The notes below the pieces were generated by a model. That model worked only from the letters and a program-made list of their open reading frames with translations, ran no database searches and was not told the origin of the DNA. The position numbers were made by a program, and so were the translations under genes. Shown here piece by piece: positions 9,142 through 18,796 of a DNA stretch of 64,000 bases. Source of the stretch: Ferruginibacter sp. (GTDB lineage: Bacteria > Bacteroidota > Bacteroidia > Chitinophagales > Chitinophagaceae); assembly GCA_046329695.1 (NCBI GenBank), contig JAXLUE010000007.1, positions 9,065 through 73,064 on the forward strand, in the 5' to 3' direction. Positions within the stretch are counted from its first letter, which is position 1. Each line of letters opens with the position of its first letter.

Positions 9142-10787
9142 ATGCCAGTTACTGATATCACCAAAGCGGTTGACCTCTCGGCGCATGGAGAAGGTACCGG
9201 TCATATGCGGTCGAAACGGCCGGTATATGTTGATTTTATGCCCCCCTGCAACAGCGCTTGCCCCGCAGGTGAAAACATCCAGGCCTGGTTATCTCATGCG
9301 CAATCCGGAAATTATTTTGAAGCCTTTCAAACCATCCTTGAGGATAACCCCTTCCCGGCCATCATGGGGCGTATATGTGTAAAGCCCTGCGAAACGGGAT
9401 GTAACCGTAATCATATCGACAATACCGTCAATATCCACGCTACGGAAAGGTTTATTGGCGATGAAGCCATACGACAGGGTTGGACGGTACGCTTCCATGC
9501 GCAACCTACCGGAAAAAAGTGCTGGTGGTCGGAGCCGGACCAGGCGGATTGTCTGCGGCCTATCACCTCGCCCGCATGGGCCATGCCGTTGATGTTTACG
9601 ATGCAGGGACGCATCCCGGAGGATTACTGTGGACGGGCGTGCCGGATTACAGGCTGCCCAAAAATATCCTCGATGCGGAAATCGGCAGGTTAATGAACAT
9701 GGGCATCAACTTTCGCCTGAATTATACCGTGGCTGATCTGCAGGAAGAAAAGGAAAACGGCCGATTTGATGCCGTGTACCTCTCGATCGGTGCGCAAAAG
9801 ATCCAGCCAGAATCCTTTGTAAACGACCAGTCGGTCATGATCACCGATGCTTTTACCTTCTTCAGGGATTCGAAGACCAATCCGTCGCCTTTCATGCAAA
9901 AGAAAGTAGTGGTCTATGGCGGCGGGAAACTGGCCCTTTACTTATCCCGCATGCTCAAAAGATTTGGATCCGATGTAACCGTTTACTTTCCCGGCGATAA
10001 AAAAATGATGCCGGCCTATGATTATGAAACGGAAGATGCGCTGGCGGAAGGCGTTCATATTCATTTGCTGAAAAAAATAGACCGGGTGGAAAATAAGCAG
10101 GTTGTTTTGGAAGACCTGCAGATAGAGAAGGGTAAGGCAACCGGCACGGGAAAAATGGAATATGCCGCAGCCGATGTACTGATCATAGCCAACCGGCAGG
10201 AATCCGATTCCGGCTTTTTAAGAAACATCACGGGCATATCCATCAACAGTGATGGCACCGTATCCATTGATGCGCAGAGAATGACAGGCCATGAAGGGAT
10301 CTTCGCCGGGGGCGATATGCTCCCATCTGAAAACCGAAGCTCTGCGATCGCGATAGGACATGGTAAGAAAGCGGCCAAATACATAAACGGCTACCTGACA
10401 AAGTCTCCCTATACCAAACCCGACAAACACCCGACTGCCGGTTTCCGCAAACTGCACATGTGGTATAAAACGGAGGCCCCGCAAAAAGAACAGGCCGCAT
10501 TATCGCCTTCTGTTGCCGTCAAGAGTTTTGATGAAGTCACACATGGTTTGTCTGAAGCCGAAGCACGTTATGAAGCCCAGCGTTGCCTGAGTTGCGGCAA
10601 CTGCTTTGAATGCGATGGTTGTTTTGGCGCCTGTCCCGAAGATGCCATCATCAAACTGGGTAAGGGCAACAGGTATAAGTTCAACTATAATGCCTGTACA
10701 GGATGCGCCGTCTGTTATGAACAATGCCCCTGTCATGCCATCGAAATGATTACAGAACCCAATAATACGAACAGCCATGTCGAATAA
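9142..10787 (+). CDS. DsrL/GltD-like NAD(P)-binding Fe-S flavoprotein with C-terminal 2x[4Fe-4S] domain; split by a -1 frameshift at 9513-9519
   Basis: Frame 1 has PVYV..PPCNSACPAG and GRICVKPCETGCNR. The -1 frame continues KKVLVVGAGPGGLSAA, FAGGD, EAQRCLSCGNCFECDGCFGACP and CTGCAVCYEQCP. Joined length is about 548 aa. Confidence 0.85.
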
Positions 10788-13700
10788 GAAAATCGTTGCA
10801 ACGATAGATGGTAACGAAGCCGCGGCATATGTGGCTTACCGTGTCAATGAGGTTTGTGCCATTTATCCCATCACCCCATCTTCCGCCATGGCTGAACTGG
10901 CCGATGAATGGTCTGCCAAAGCCACCCCCAATATTTGGGGCACAGTACCTGAAGTCATTGAAATGCAGAGTGAGGGAGGAGCTGCAGGCACGGTGCATGG
11001 AGCACTCCAAACCGGCGCCCTGACTACCACATTCACCGCTTCCCAGGGTCTCATGCTGATGTTGCCGAATATGTACAAGATCGCGGGCGAACTGACACCC
11101 GCCGTATTTCATGTGGCTGCCCGTTCACTGGCTGCACAGGGTTTGTCGATATTTGGCGATCACCAGGATGTTATGGCGGCCCGCACAACCGGCTTTGCCA
11201 TGCTGGGTTCGGCCAGTGTACAGGAAGCGCACGACTTTGCGCTGATCGCCCAGGCAGCTACCCTACGTTCACGCATACCCGTTGTTCATTTTTTCGACGG
11301 GTTCCGCACCTCGCATGAAGTGAATAAACTGGTCATGCTGAGTGAGGACGACATGAAAGCAATGTTGCCCGATGAACTCGTGATTGCTCACCGGGGCCGT
11401 GCCCTCAATCCGGATAAACCTTTTATCAGGGGTACCGCACAAAACCCCGATGTGTATTTCCAGGGGCGTGAAACCGTGAACCGCTTTTACAACAGGATGC
11501 CGGGGATCATGGATGATGTGATGAAACAGTTCGCCACCCTCACCGGCCGCACCTACCAATTGTTTGAATACAACGGAGCGCCCGATGCAGAAAGGGTCGT
11601 TATCATCATGGGTTCAGGTGGTGAAACCGTAGCGGAAACCGTCCGCGAACTGAATCGGAACGGCGAAAAAACAGGCGTCATACAAGTTCGCCTCTACAGG
11701 CCATTCTCGCTGGATCATCTTGTTAATGCGCTACCCGGCACCACCCGACGCATATCCGTACTCGACCGCACCAAAGAATCCGGTGCTTCCGGCGAACCCC
11801 TGTACCAGGACGTATTGTCTTCCCTCGTGGATGCATGGCAACAGGGTAAGATCAAACAAATGCCCCATGTGGTGGGAGGACGTTATGGCCTTTCATCCAA
11901 AGAATTCACTCCGGCGATGGTCAAAGCCGTATTCGATGACCTGAAACAGGAAAAACCCAAAAATAATTTCACGATCGGTATCCAGGATGACGTCACACAT
12001 ACCAGCCTGCCATTTGACCCGGATTTCACACTGGATGAAAGTGGTTGGAGGCAGGGGCTTTTCTTTGGCCTTGGCGCCGATGGAACCGTTGGGGCCAATA
12101 AAAATACCATCAAGATCATTGGCGAGAATACCGACCTGTACGCACAAGGGTATTTTGTGTACGATTCAAAAAAATCAGGAGCCAGGACAGTTTCTCATCT
12201 TCGGTTCGGCCCAACGCCCATCCGTGCACCGTACCTGATCAACAAGGCCGATTTTATCGCCTGCCACCAATTCAATTTCACCGAAAAAGTGGAAATGCTG
12301 GACCATGCCTGCAACGGCGCCACCTTTCTTCTGAACAGCCCGTATGATAAGGAAGAAGTATGGAATAAACTGCCCGGATCTGTACAGGAAAACATCATCC
12401 GGAAAAAACTGAAGGTCTTTGTGATCGATGCCACATCCGTTGCCAGGGACAATGGCATGACAGGCCGCATCAATACCATCATGCAAACCTGCTATTTTGC
12501 ACTGTCAGGCGTATTGCCTAAAGAAGATGCCATCAAACAGATCAAAAAAGCAATTGAAAAAACCTATTTCAAAAAAGGAAAAAAAGTCATAGAACAGAAT
12601 TTCCAGGCGGTGGATTCCACGTTGGAAAACCTGCATGAAGTTCGTATACCCGACAAAGTGAGTGTTTCATCCGAATCGATCGAGGCCGTTTCTCACCGGG
12701 CGCCTGAATTTGTCAGAGATGTTACGGCAGCGATGATCTTGGGGCACGGGGATAATCTCCCGGTGAGCAAGATGCCCGAGGATGGAACCTACCCAAGCGG
12801 TACTACAAAATGGGAAAAGCGCAATATCTCCGACCTCGTTCCCCTTTGGGAGCCTGATCTTTGTATCCAGTGTGGCAACTGCGCCTATGTATGTCCGCAC
12901 AGCGTCATCCGGGCCAAATTCTATAACAGGAAATACCTGGGCAAAGCCCCTGAAGGATTCAAAAGCGCCCCCATCAATGCCCGGGGCTTTCCTGAAACAC
13001 AATATTCATTACAAGTGTACCTGGAAGATTGCACCGGCTGCAACCTGTGCGTGGAAGTGTGCCCGGCAACGGATCCGTCTAACCGTTCCCGTAAAGCCAT
13101 CAATATGGGGGAAAAAGAACCCGTGCTTCACGCGGAGCAACATAACATCGAATTCTTTGAAAAGATACCCTGGAATGATCGTTCAAAGATCGATTTCTCA
13201 ACGGTACACGGCGCCCAGTTCCTGGAGCCATTGTTTGAATTCTCCGGAGCCTGCGCCGGTTGCGGTGAAACGCCCTATCTTAAATTACTCTCTCAACTTT
13301 TTGGCGATCGGTTACTCGTAGCCAATGCCACCGGTTGCTCCTCGATCTATGGCGGAAACCTACCCACAACACCCTGGGCCGTCAATGCTGAAGGAAGGGG
13401 GCCGGCTTGGTCGAATTCACTCTTTGAAGACAATGCCGAATTTGGTTTGGGCATGAGGATCACGGCTGATAAACAACTCGATCTGGCCCGCCAATACCTG
13501 CATGACCTCAAAGATGACATTGGAGCCGAACTGGTTCAATCGATCGTAGACGCACCCCAGGTACAGGAATCAGATATTCTCGAACAAAGAAAACGCGTCG
13601 GCCTGTTAAAAGACACATTATATACTTTACGTTCATCCAAAGCAGCGCACCTGCTCTCCGTTGCCGATCAGTTGGTTCGCCGAAGCGTATGGCTCGTAGG

Positions 13701-14349
13701 CGGCGACGGATGGGCTTATGATATTGGGTTCGGCGGACTGGACCATGCACTCGCGAGCGGACGAAACATCAATATCCTGGTCCTGGATACCGAAGTATAT
13801 TCCAATACAGGCGGGCAGTCATCCAAGGCAACGCCTACAGCAGCTACGGCCAAATTTGCGGCTGGTGGCAAATCGGCCGGCAAAAAAGACCTGGCATTGC
13901 AGGCTATCTCTTACGGTAACGTGTACGTGGCAAGAGTGGCCTTCGGCGCCAACCCGCAGCAAACGCTGCTGGCCATGAGGGAAGCAGAGGCATATAACGG
14001 CCCGTCGCTGATACTGGCATACAGCCATTGCATAGCACATGGATACGACCTAAAAGATGGACTGGACCAGCAACAAAAGGCCGTTTACAGTGGTCACTGG
14101 CCCCTGCTACGTTACAACCCGGTGCTACGCATGAAAAACCAAAACCCGTTTGTACTAGATTCTCCTAGGCCGTCGATACCGCTGAAGGAGTATGTGTATC
14201 ATGAACTCCGGTATAAAGTACTGACCATCACGCATCCAGAAGCCGCCGAAAAATTGATCAAACAGGCGCAGGAACTGGTGAATCTCAAATGGAAGAATTA
14301 TGAAGAACTGGCCACCAAAAAAGCCAGCGACTTCGTACCACTGGCATAA
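10777..14349 (+). CDS. nifJ: Pyruvate:ferredoxin (flavodoxin) oxidoreductase
   Basis: DGNEAAA..AIYPITPS, MQSEGGAAG, GLGADGTVGANKN, two CxxCxxCxxxCP clusters, ACAGCGETPY and TPP motif GGDGWAYDIG; 1190 aa. Confidence 0.96.
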   Translation: MSNKKIVATIDGNEAAAYVAYRVNEVCAIYPITPSSAMAELADEWSAKATPNIWGTVPEVIEMQSEGGAAGTVHGALQTGALTTTFTASQGLMLMLPNMYKIAGELTPAVFHVAARSLAAQGLSIFGDHQDVMAARTTGFAMLGSASVQEAHDFALIAQAATLRSRIPVVHFFDGFRTSHEVNKLVMLSEDDMKAMLPDELVIAHRGRALNPDKPFIRGTAQNPDVYFQGRETVNRFYNRMPGIMDDVMKQFATLTGRTYQLFEYNGAPDAERVVIIMGSGGETVAETVRELNRNGEKTGVIQVRLYRPFSLDHLVNALPGTTRRISVLDRTKESGASGEPLYQDVLSSLVDAWQQGKIKQMPHVVGGRYGLSSKEFTPAMVKAVFDDLKQEKPKNNFTIGIQDDVTHTSLPFDPDFTLDESGWRQGLFFGLGADGTVGANKNTIKIIGENTDLYAQGYFVYDSKKSGARTVSHLRFGPTPIRAPYLINKADFIACHQFNFTEKVEMLDHACNGATFLLNSPYDKEEVWNKLPGSVQENIIRKKLKVFVIDATSVARDNGMTGRINTIMQTCYFALSGVLPKEDAIKQIKKAIEKTYFKKGKKVIEQNFQAVDSTLENLHEVRIPDKVSVSSESIEAVSHRAPEFVRDVTAAMILGHGDNLPVSKMPEDGTYPSGTTKWEKRNISDLVPLWEPDLCIQCGNCAYVCPHSVIRAKFYNRKYLGKAPEGFKSAPINARGFPETQYSLQVYLEDCTGCNLCVEVCPATDPSNRSRKAINMGEKEPVLHAEQHNIEFFEKIPWNDRSKIDFSTVHGAQFLEPLFEFSGACAGCGETPYLKLLSQLFGDRLLVANATGCSSIYGGNLPTTPWAVNAEGRGPAWSNSLFEDNAEFGLGMRITADKQLDLARQYLHDLKDDIGAELVQSIVDAPQVQESDILEQRKRVGLLKDTLYTLRSSKAAHLLSVADQLVRRSVWLVGGDGWAYDIGFGGLDHALASGRNINILVLDTEVYSNTGGQSSKATPTAATAKFAAGGKSAGKKDLALQAISYGNVYVARVAFGANPQQTLLAMREAEAYNGPSLILAYSHCIAHGYDLKDGLDQQQKAVYSGHWPLLRYNPVLRMKNQNPFVLDSPRPSIPLKEYVYHELRYKVLTITHPEAAEKLIKQAQELVNLKWKNYEELATKKASDFVPLA

Positions 14350-14359
14350 AATTGCATAT

Positions 14360-15349
14360 ATGAACATACATACCAAGTATATGGGGTTGGCCCTGAATTC
14401 ACCGATTGTTGTATCGGCCAGCACCCTATCGGAACAAACCGCCAATATTGTGCAAATGGAAGAATACGGCGCCGGTGCGGTGGTCATGTCGTCCCTGTTT
14501 GAAGAACAGATAAGAAGGGAAGAAGAAAAATTCAGGACCGTGATGTCGGAAACCTCTTATTCATTTGCGGAAGCGCTGGACTATTTTCCGGATCTTACCG
14601 AATTCAATGTAGGCAGTGATGAATACCTGGAAAATATCCGCAAAGCCAAAGAACGGGTAAAAATTCCTGTCATTGCCAGCCTGAATGGCATCACCAATGA
14701 AGGATGGATCGAATACTCCAAACTCATGGAAGATGCGGGAGCCGACGGCATTGAGGTGAATATCTTCTTCATCCCAGGCGACATCACAATGTCATCACCT
14801 GAAGTGGAACATCGTTACCTTAACATCATTCAATCCATCAAAAGAGCCGTTAGTATACCCGTTGCCGTTAAACTGAATCCCTACTTCAGCGCCATGGGCA
14901 ATATGTCGCTCCGTATGAAACAGGCCGGTGCCGACGCACTGGTGTTGTTTAACCGATTCTATCAACCCGACTTTGATATCAATAAGCTGGTTATCACGCA
15001 TGACCTCCAATACAGTGAATCAAACGAGATCAGGCTTCCGCTGATGTGGATCGCCCTTCTGTACGGAAAGGTCGATCTCTCCCTTGCCGCCACTACCGGC
15101 GTGCAGAGCGCAACCGAAGTGATCAAGTACATACTGGCTGGCGCCGATGTGGTGATGACGGCATCCTCCCTGTACAAGAACGGAATACCTTATTTGCGTA
15201 CCATGAATAAAGACTTGCAGGACTGGATGTATCGCATGGGATTCGATAACCTTCATTCCTTTCGAGGAAGCATGAGTCAGCAACATATTGCAGACCCTAC
15301 CGCATATGAACGTGCTAATTACATCAGGATACTGGAGAGGATTCAATGA
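14360..15349 (+). CDS. Dihydroorotate dehydrogenase-like FMN protein (PFOR-associated)
   Basis: YMGLALNSPIVVSAS, IPVIASLNG, PVAVKLNP, VLFNRFYQPD and ILAGADVV. It lacks the NxSCPN catalytic Cys loop (EVNIFFIP instead). Confidence 0.85.
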   Translation: MNIHTKYMGLALNSPIVVSASTLSEQTANIVQMEEYGAGAVVMSSLFEEQIRREEEKFRTVMSETSYSFAEALDYFPDLTEFNVGSDEYLENIRKAKERVKIPVIASLNGITNEGWIEYSKLMEDAGADGIEVNIFFIPGDITMSSPEVEHRYLNIIQSIKRAVSIPVAVKLNPYFSAMGNMSLRMKQAGADALVLFNRFYQPDFDINKLVITHDLQYSESNEIRLPLMWIALLYGKVDLSLAATTGVQSATEVIKYILAGADVVMTASSLYKNGIPYLRTMNKDLQDWMYRMGFDNLHSFRGSMSQQHIADPTAYERANYIRILERIQ

Positions 15350-15445
15350 ACCGGTTGAATAGTATGCCGGGTTACTCAGCCGTTGTCATTTTACTTCTCA
15401 GGCTTCTTTTTTCAAACAATCTCTTCTTTGTTTATACCAAGATAA

Positions 15446-15468
15446 AGGCCGGGTGAATCGCCCGGCCT
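15446..15468. terminator. GC-rich hairpin between convergent DHODH-like gene and ppdK
   Basis: AGGCCGGG-tgaatcg-CCCGGCCT. Confidence 0.6.
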
Positions 15469-15494
15469 CCTGTTATTCGCGGTTGTCAAAAAAA

Positions 15495-18236
15495 TTATTT
15501 TTCCAAGGCCGCATGAGCAGCGGCCAGCCTGGCAATGGGCACCCTGAATGGAGAGCAACTCACATATGACATTCCTATACGGTGACAGAATTTCACACTT
15601 TCGGGATCTCCCCCGTGTTCGCCGCAGATACCGATCTTCAGACCGGGCTTTACCTTACGGCCTCTTTCTGTTGCGATCCTGATCAATTCTCCGACACCAT
15701 CCTGGTCGATGGTTTGAAAAGGATCATCCTTGAGTATCTTCTGATCGAGGTATGCGGGCAGGAAACCACCGATGTCATCGCGGCTGAATCCAAAGCTCAT
15801 TTGTGTGAGGTCATTGGTACCGAAACTGAAAAAATCTGCTACAGTGGCCATTTGACCGGCCTTCAACGCCGCCCTCGGTATTTCGATCATTGTACCATAG
15901 TGATAGGCGATCTTCCTGATACGTAATTTATCACAGACTTCCCGGTAAACCCTATCAACGATCTTTTGCTGGTGAACAAGTTCATTAACCGAACAGGTTA
16001 CCGGGATCATGATTTCCGGAAAAACCTTCTTGCCCTTTTTCATGAGTTCGCCGGTGGCTTCCAGGATGGCCCTCACCTGCATCTCTGTGATCTCCGGATA
16101 GCTGATGCCCAAACGCACACCACGGTGACCCAACATCGGGTTATTTTCATGCAGGGCAAGTACCCTCCGCTTAAGCAGACTCATACTAATGCCCAGCTCC
16201 TTACTCAACTGTTGCAGTTTCTCTGAATCGTGCGGAACGAATTCATGCAACGGCGGATCCAGTAAACGGAATGTAACGGCATGACCGTGCATGATAGTCA
16301 GTGTATCTTTAAAATCCTTCTTGACAAAACGAAACAATTCATTTAATGCCCCCCTTCTTTCCTGTTCCGTTTTGCTCATGATCATCTTGCGCAGCAGAAA
16401 TAAGGGCCTTTCGCTTCCTTCTCCGTAGAACATATGTTCCGTGCGGAAAAGACCGATACCTTCCGCACCAAAATAAAGTGCCTGTTGCGCATCTTTCGGC
16501 GTATCGGCATTTGTACGAACACCCAGTTTTTTGGTTTTATCCACCAGCTTCATCAGTTCCTGGTAAGACTTATTTTTCCGCAGATCGATATCGGTTAATG
16601 GCAGGCTTCCTTCATACACCAATCCTTTGGTTCCGTTCAAACTTATCCAGTCGCCCTCTTTGACGATCACTCCTTTTGCATGGAATGTTTTGGTATCGTG
16701 GTGTATTTCTATATCGCCGCAACCAACGATGCAGCATTTACCCCAGCCTCGCGCAACGAGCGCCGCATGTGAAGTCATGCCACCCTTGCTGGTAAGGATC
16801 GCCTGTGCCTTATGCATACCATCCACATCTTCCGGGGAAGTCTCTTCACGTACCAGTATCACCTTCTCGCCTTTCTTTGCCCATTCCACTGCTTCTTCCG
16901 AAGAAAAAACAACCCGGCCCCGGGCTCCTCCGGGTCCTGCCGGCAATCCTTTGGCTATGACCGGCGTGATCTTTTCAGTTGCATGATCAAGCATCGGGAG
17001 TAATAATTCCACCAACTGGTTGGGCGCAACGCGAAGAATGGCCGTTTTGGCATCGATCATCCTGTCTTTATACATATCCATGGCCATGCGAACCGCTGCC
17101 ACACCATTTCTTTTTCCCACACGGCACTGCAGCATATACAATTTGCCTTTTTCTATGGTAAACTCGATATCCTGCATGTCTTTGTAATGCTGTTCGAGTT
17201 TTTTCTGGTAACCAAACAATTCCTTATACAAAGCCGGCATGAGTTTTTCAAGAGAAGTGAAATGTTTGCTTTGCGCATTCATGGAATATTCATTCACCGG
17301 TGCCGGCGTACGGATGCCTGCCACCACATCTTCGCCCTGCGCATTTACCAGGTATTCGCCATAGAATTTATTTTCACCTGTTCCCGGGTTACGGGTAAAA
17401 GCAACACCGGTGCAGCTGTCATTACCCATATTGCCAAACACCATAGCCTGCACGTTCACCGCTGTGCCCCATTCATCGGGTATCTTTTCTATACGACGGT
17501 ATTCCACGGCCCGCTTGCCATTCCAACTGCTGAATACGGCGCCTATACCGCCCCACATTTGTTCCCAGGGGTCTTCGGGAAATGGTTTCCCCAACAATTT
17601 CTTTACCGTTTTTTTATATTCATCCACCAGTTTTTTCAACTCATCAACCGTCAGTTCTGTATCACTTTTATATCCGCGGCTATGTTTGACATGATCGAGT
17701 TGTTCATCAAGTATCTTCCTGATGCCCTTTCCATGCTTCACTTCAACACCTGCCGCTTTTTCCATCACCACATCGGCATACATCAAGATCAGCCGGCGAT
17801 AAGCGTCATAAGCGAATCGTTCATCCCCGCTTTGGGCAATGATGCCTTTGATCGTTTTATCATTCAATCCAACATTCAACACGGTTTCCATCATACCCGG
17901 CATACTTTTACGGGCTCCAGACCTGACAGATACCAGCAACGGGTTATCTGAGTCCCCGAATTTCTTGGCGGTCAGTTTTTCCATCTTTGCCAAAGATTCC
18001 CTGACCTGGCCGTCGAGTGTTTTGGGATATGTTTTACGATGATCATAATAATACGTGCAGACTTCCGTCGTCACGGTAAATCCTGGCGGTACGGGCAATT
18101 TTAAATTGGGATGACCTGCCATTTCAGCGAGGTTTGCTCCTTTACCACCCAATAAATTTTTCATGGATTCATTGCCATCGGCTTTACCGCCGCCGAAAAA
18201 ATAGACATACTTTCCGGCCTTTGCTTTTGTTGCCAT
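15495..18236 (-). CDS. ppdK: Pyruvate, phosphate dikinase
   Basis: LLGGKGANLAEM, PLLVSVRSGA, NAQGEDVVAGIRTP, phospho-His motif GGMTSHAA, FSFGTNDLTQ and GICGEHGG. Confidence 0.97.
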   Translation of the reverse strand: MATKAKAGKYVYFFGGGKADGNESMKNLLGGKGANLAEMAGHPNLKLPVPPGFTVTTEVCTYYYDHRKTYPKTLDGQVRESLAKMEKLTAKKFGDSDNPLLVSVRSGARKSMPGMMETVLNVGLNDKTIKGIIAQSGDERFAYDAYRRLILMYADVVMEKAAGVEVKHGKGIRKILDEQLDHVKHSRGYKSDTELTVDELKKLVDEYKKTVKKLLGKPFPEDPWEQMWGGIGAVFSSWNGKRAVEYRRIEKIPDEWGTAVNVQAMVFGNMGNDSCTGVAFTRNPGTGENKFYGEYLVNAQGEDVVAGIRTPAPVNEYSMNAQSKHFTSLEKLMPALYKELFGYQKKLEQHYKDMQDIEFTIEKGKLYMLQCRVGKRNGVAAVRMAMDMYKDRMIDAKTAILRVAPNQLVELLLPMLDHATEKITPVIAKGLPAGPGGARGRVVFSSEEAVEWAKKGEKVILVREETSPEDVDGMHKAQAILTSKGGMTSHAALVARGWGKCCIVGCGDIEIHHDTKTFHAKGVIVKEGDWISLNGTKGLVYEGSLPLTDIDLRKNKSYQELMKLVDKTKKLGVRTNADTPKDAQQALYFGAEGIGLFRTEHMFYGEGSERPLFLLRKMIMSKTEQERRGALNELFRFVKKDFKDTLTIMHGHAVTFRLLDPPLHEFVPHDSEKLQQLSKELGISMSLLKRRVLALHENNPMLGHRGVRLGISYPEITEMQVRAILEATGELMKKGKKVFPEIMIPVTCSVNELVHQQKIVDRVYREVCDKLRIRKIAYHYGTMIEIPRAALKAGQMATVADFFSFGTNDLTQMSFGFSRDDIGGFLPAYLDQKILKDDPFQTIDQDGVGELIRIATERGRKVKPGLKIGICGEHGGDPESVKFCHRIGMSYVSCSPFRVPIARLAAAHAALEK

Positions 18237-18310
18237 AACGTTATCAGTTTTGATAAGCAGAGTTATGCATTAAAATATAGGAGGATGGCAACATTTGTCA
18301 CTCACCAGGT

Positions 18311-18322
18311 TGATTTTTATCA
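18311..18322 (-). promoter_or_regulatory. CRP/FNR-type TGA-N6-TCA box upstream of ppdK
   Basis: tTGATTTTTATCAt, close to the FNR consensus TTGAT-N4-ATCAA. A second half-site lies 22 bp downstream on the minus strand. Confidence 0.4.
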
Positions 18323-18323
18323 T

Positions 18324-18348
18324 AAAAAAATCCGGCCAAATAGCCGGA
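18324..18348 (-). terminator. Terminator at end of nuo operon
   Basis: TCCGGC-caaata-GCCGGA hairpin with an A7 tract on the plus strand (U-tract on the minus strand). Confidence 0.65.
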
Positions 18349-18372
18349 AATCAAACTGCTAAGTCAGGAAAA

Positions 18373-18768
18373 TCAGTTCTTCTCATAATAAGGGATATCA
18401 TCCCGGCTGACGGCATCCTGCTGGTTCCAGTATGCCAGTGTAACGATATGGCCGTCTGCGGTCTTTAACATGCGTCCGAAGATGGCATTGACAGGATTAA
18501 AGGTATAATCGGTCACGCCCACCGTAAATAATTCAGGAGCCGGGGGTTCTGCAACCGGTGCAGAAACAGTATCCGTGCCTTCTGCAACCGGAGCTGCAGG
18601 AACTGTGGCCTTTTTCGGTGGAGCCGCAGCCACCACTTTCACCTCGTAGCGGTTAACTTCAAGCAGTTGTTTCAGAAATGCAGCACGGTCGGCGCTGACA
18701 TTTTTTTCCACGATGCCGCATTTCACGCCATCCAATTCTTCAAATTCATGGTTCTTATTAATAGCCAT
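18373..18768 (-). CDS. Hypothetical protein, last gene of nuo operon
   Basis: Likely start MAINKNHEFEELDGVKCGIVEK, 28 bp after nuoN on the same strand and before the terminator. It has a central Pro/Ala linker. Confidence 0.7.
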   Translation of the reverse strand: MAINKNHEFEELDGVKCGIVEKNVSADRAAFLKQLLEVNRYEVKVVAAAPPKKATVPAAPVAEGTDTVSAPVAEPPAPELFTVGVTDYTFNPVNAIFGRMLKTADGHIVTLAYWNQQDAVSRDDIPYYEKN

Positions 18769-18796
18769 AGTGTTACTATCAGTTATTGTCTCATCA

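Noticed and set aside
9520-9693. C-terminal 57 codons of the 183-aa ORF as real protein sequence
   Set aside because: This is out-of-frame read-through past the frameshift. The homology continues in the other frame.
9142-10787. Dissimilatory sulfur metabolism implied by a DsrL-like architecture
   Set aside because: There are no dsrAB or other dsr genes in the window, and the context is PFOR.
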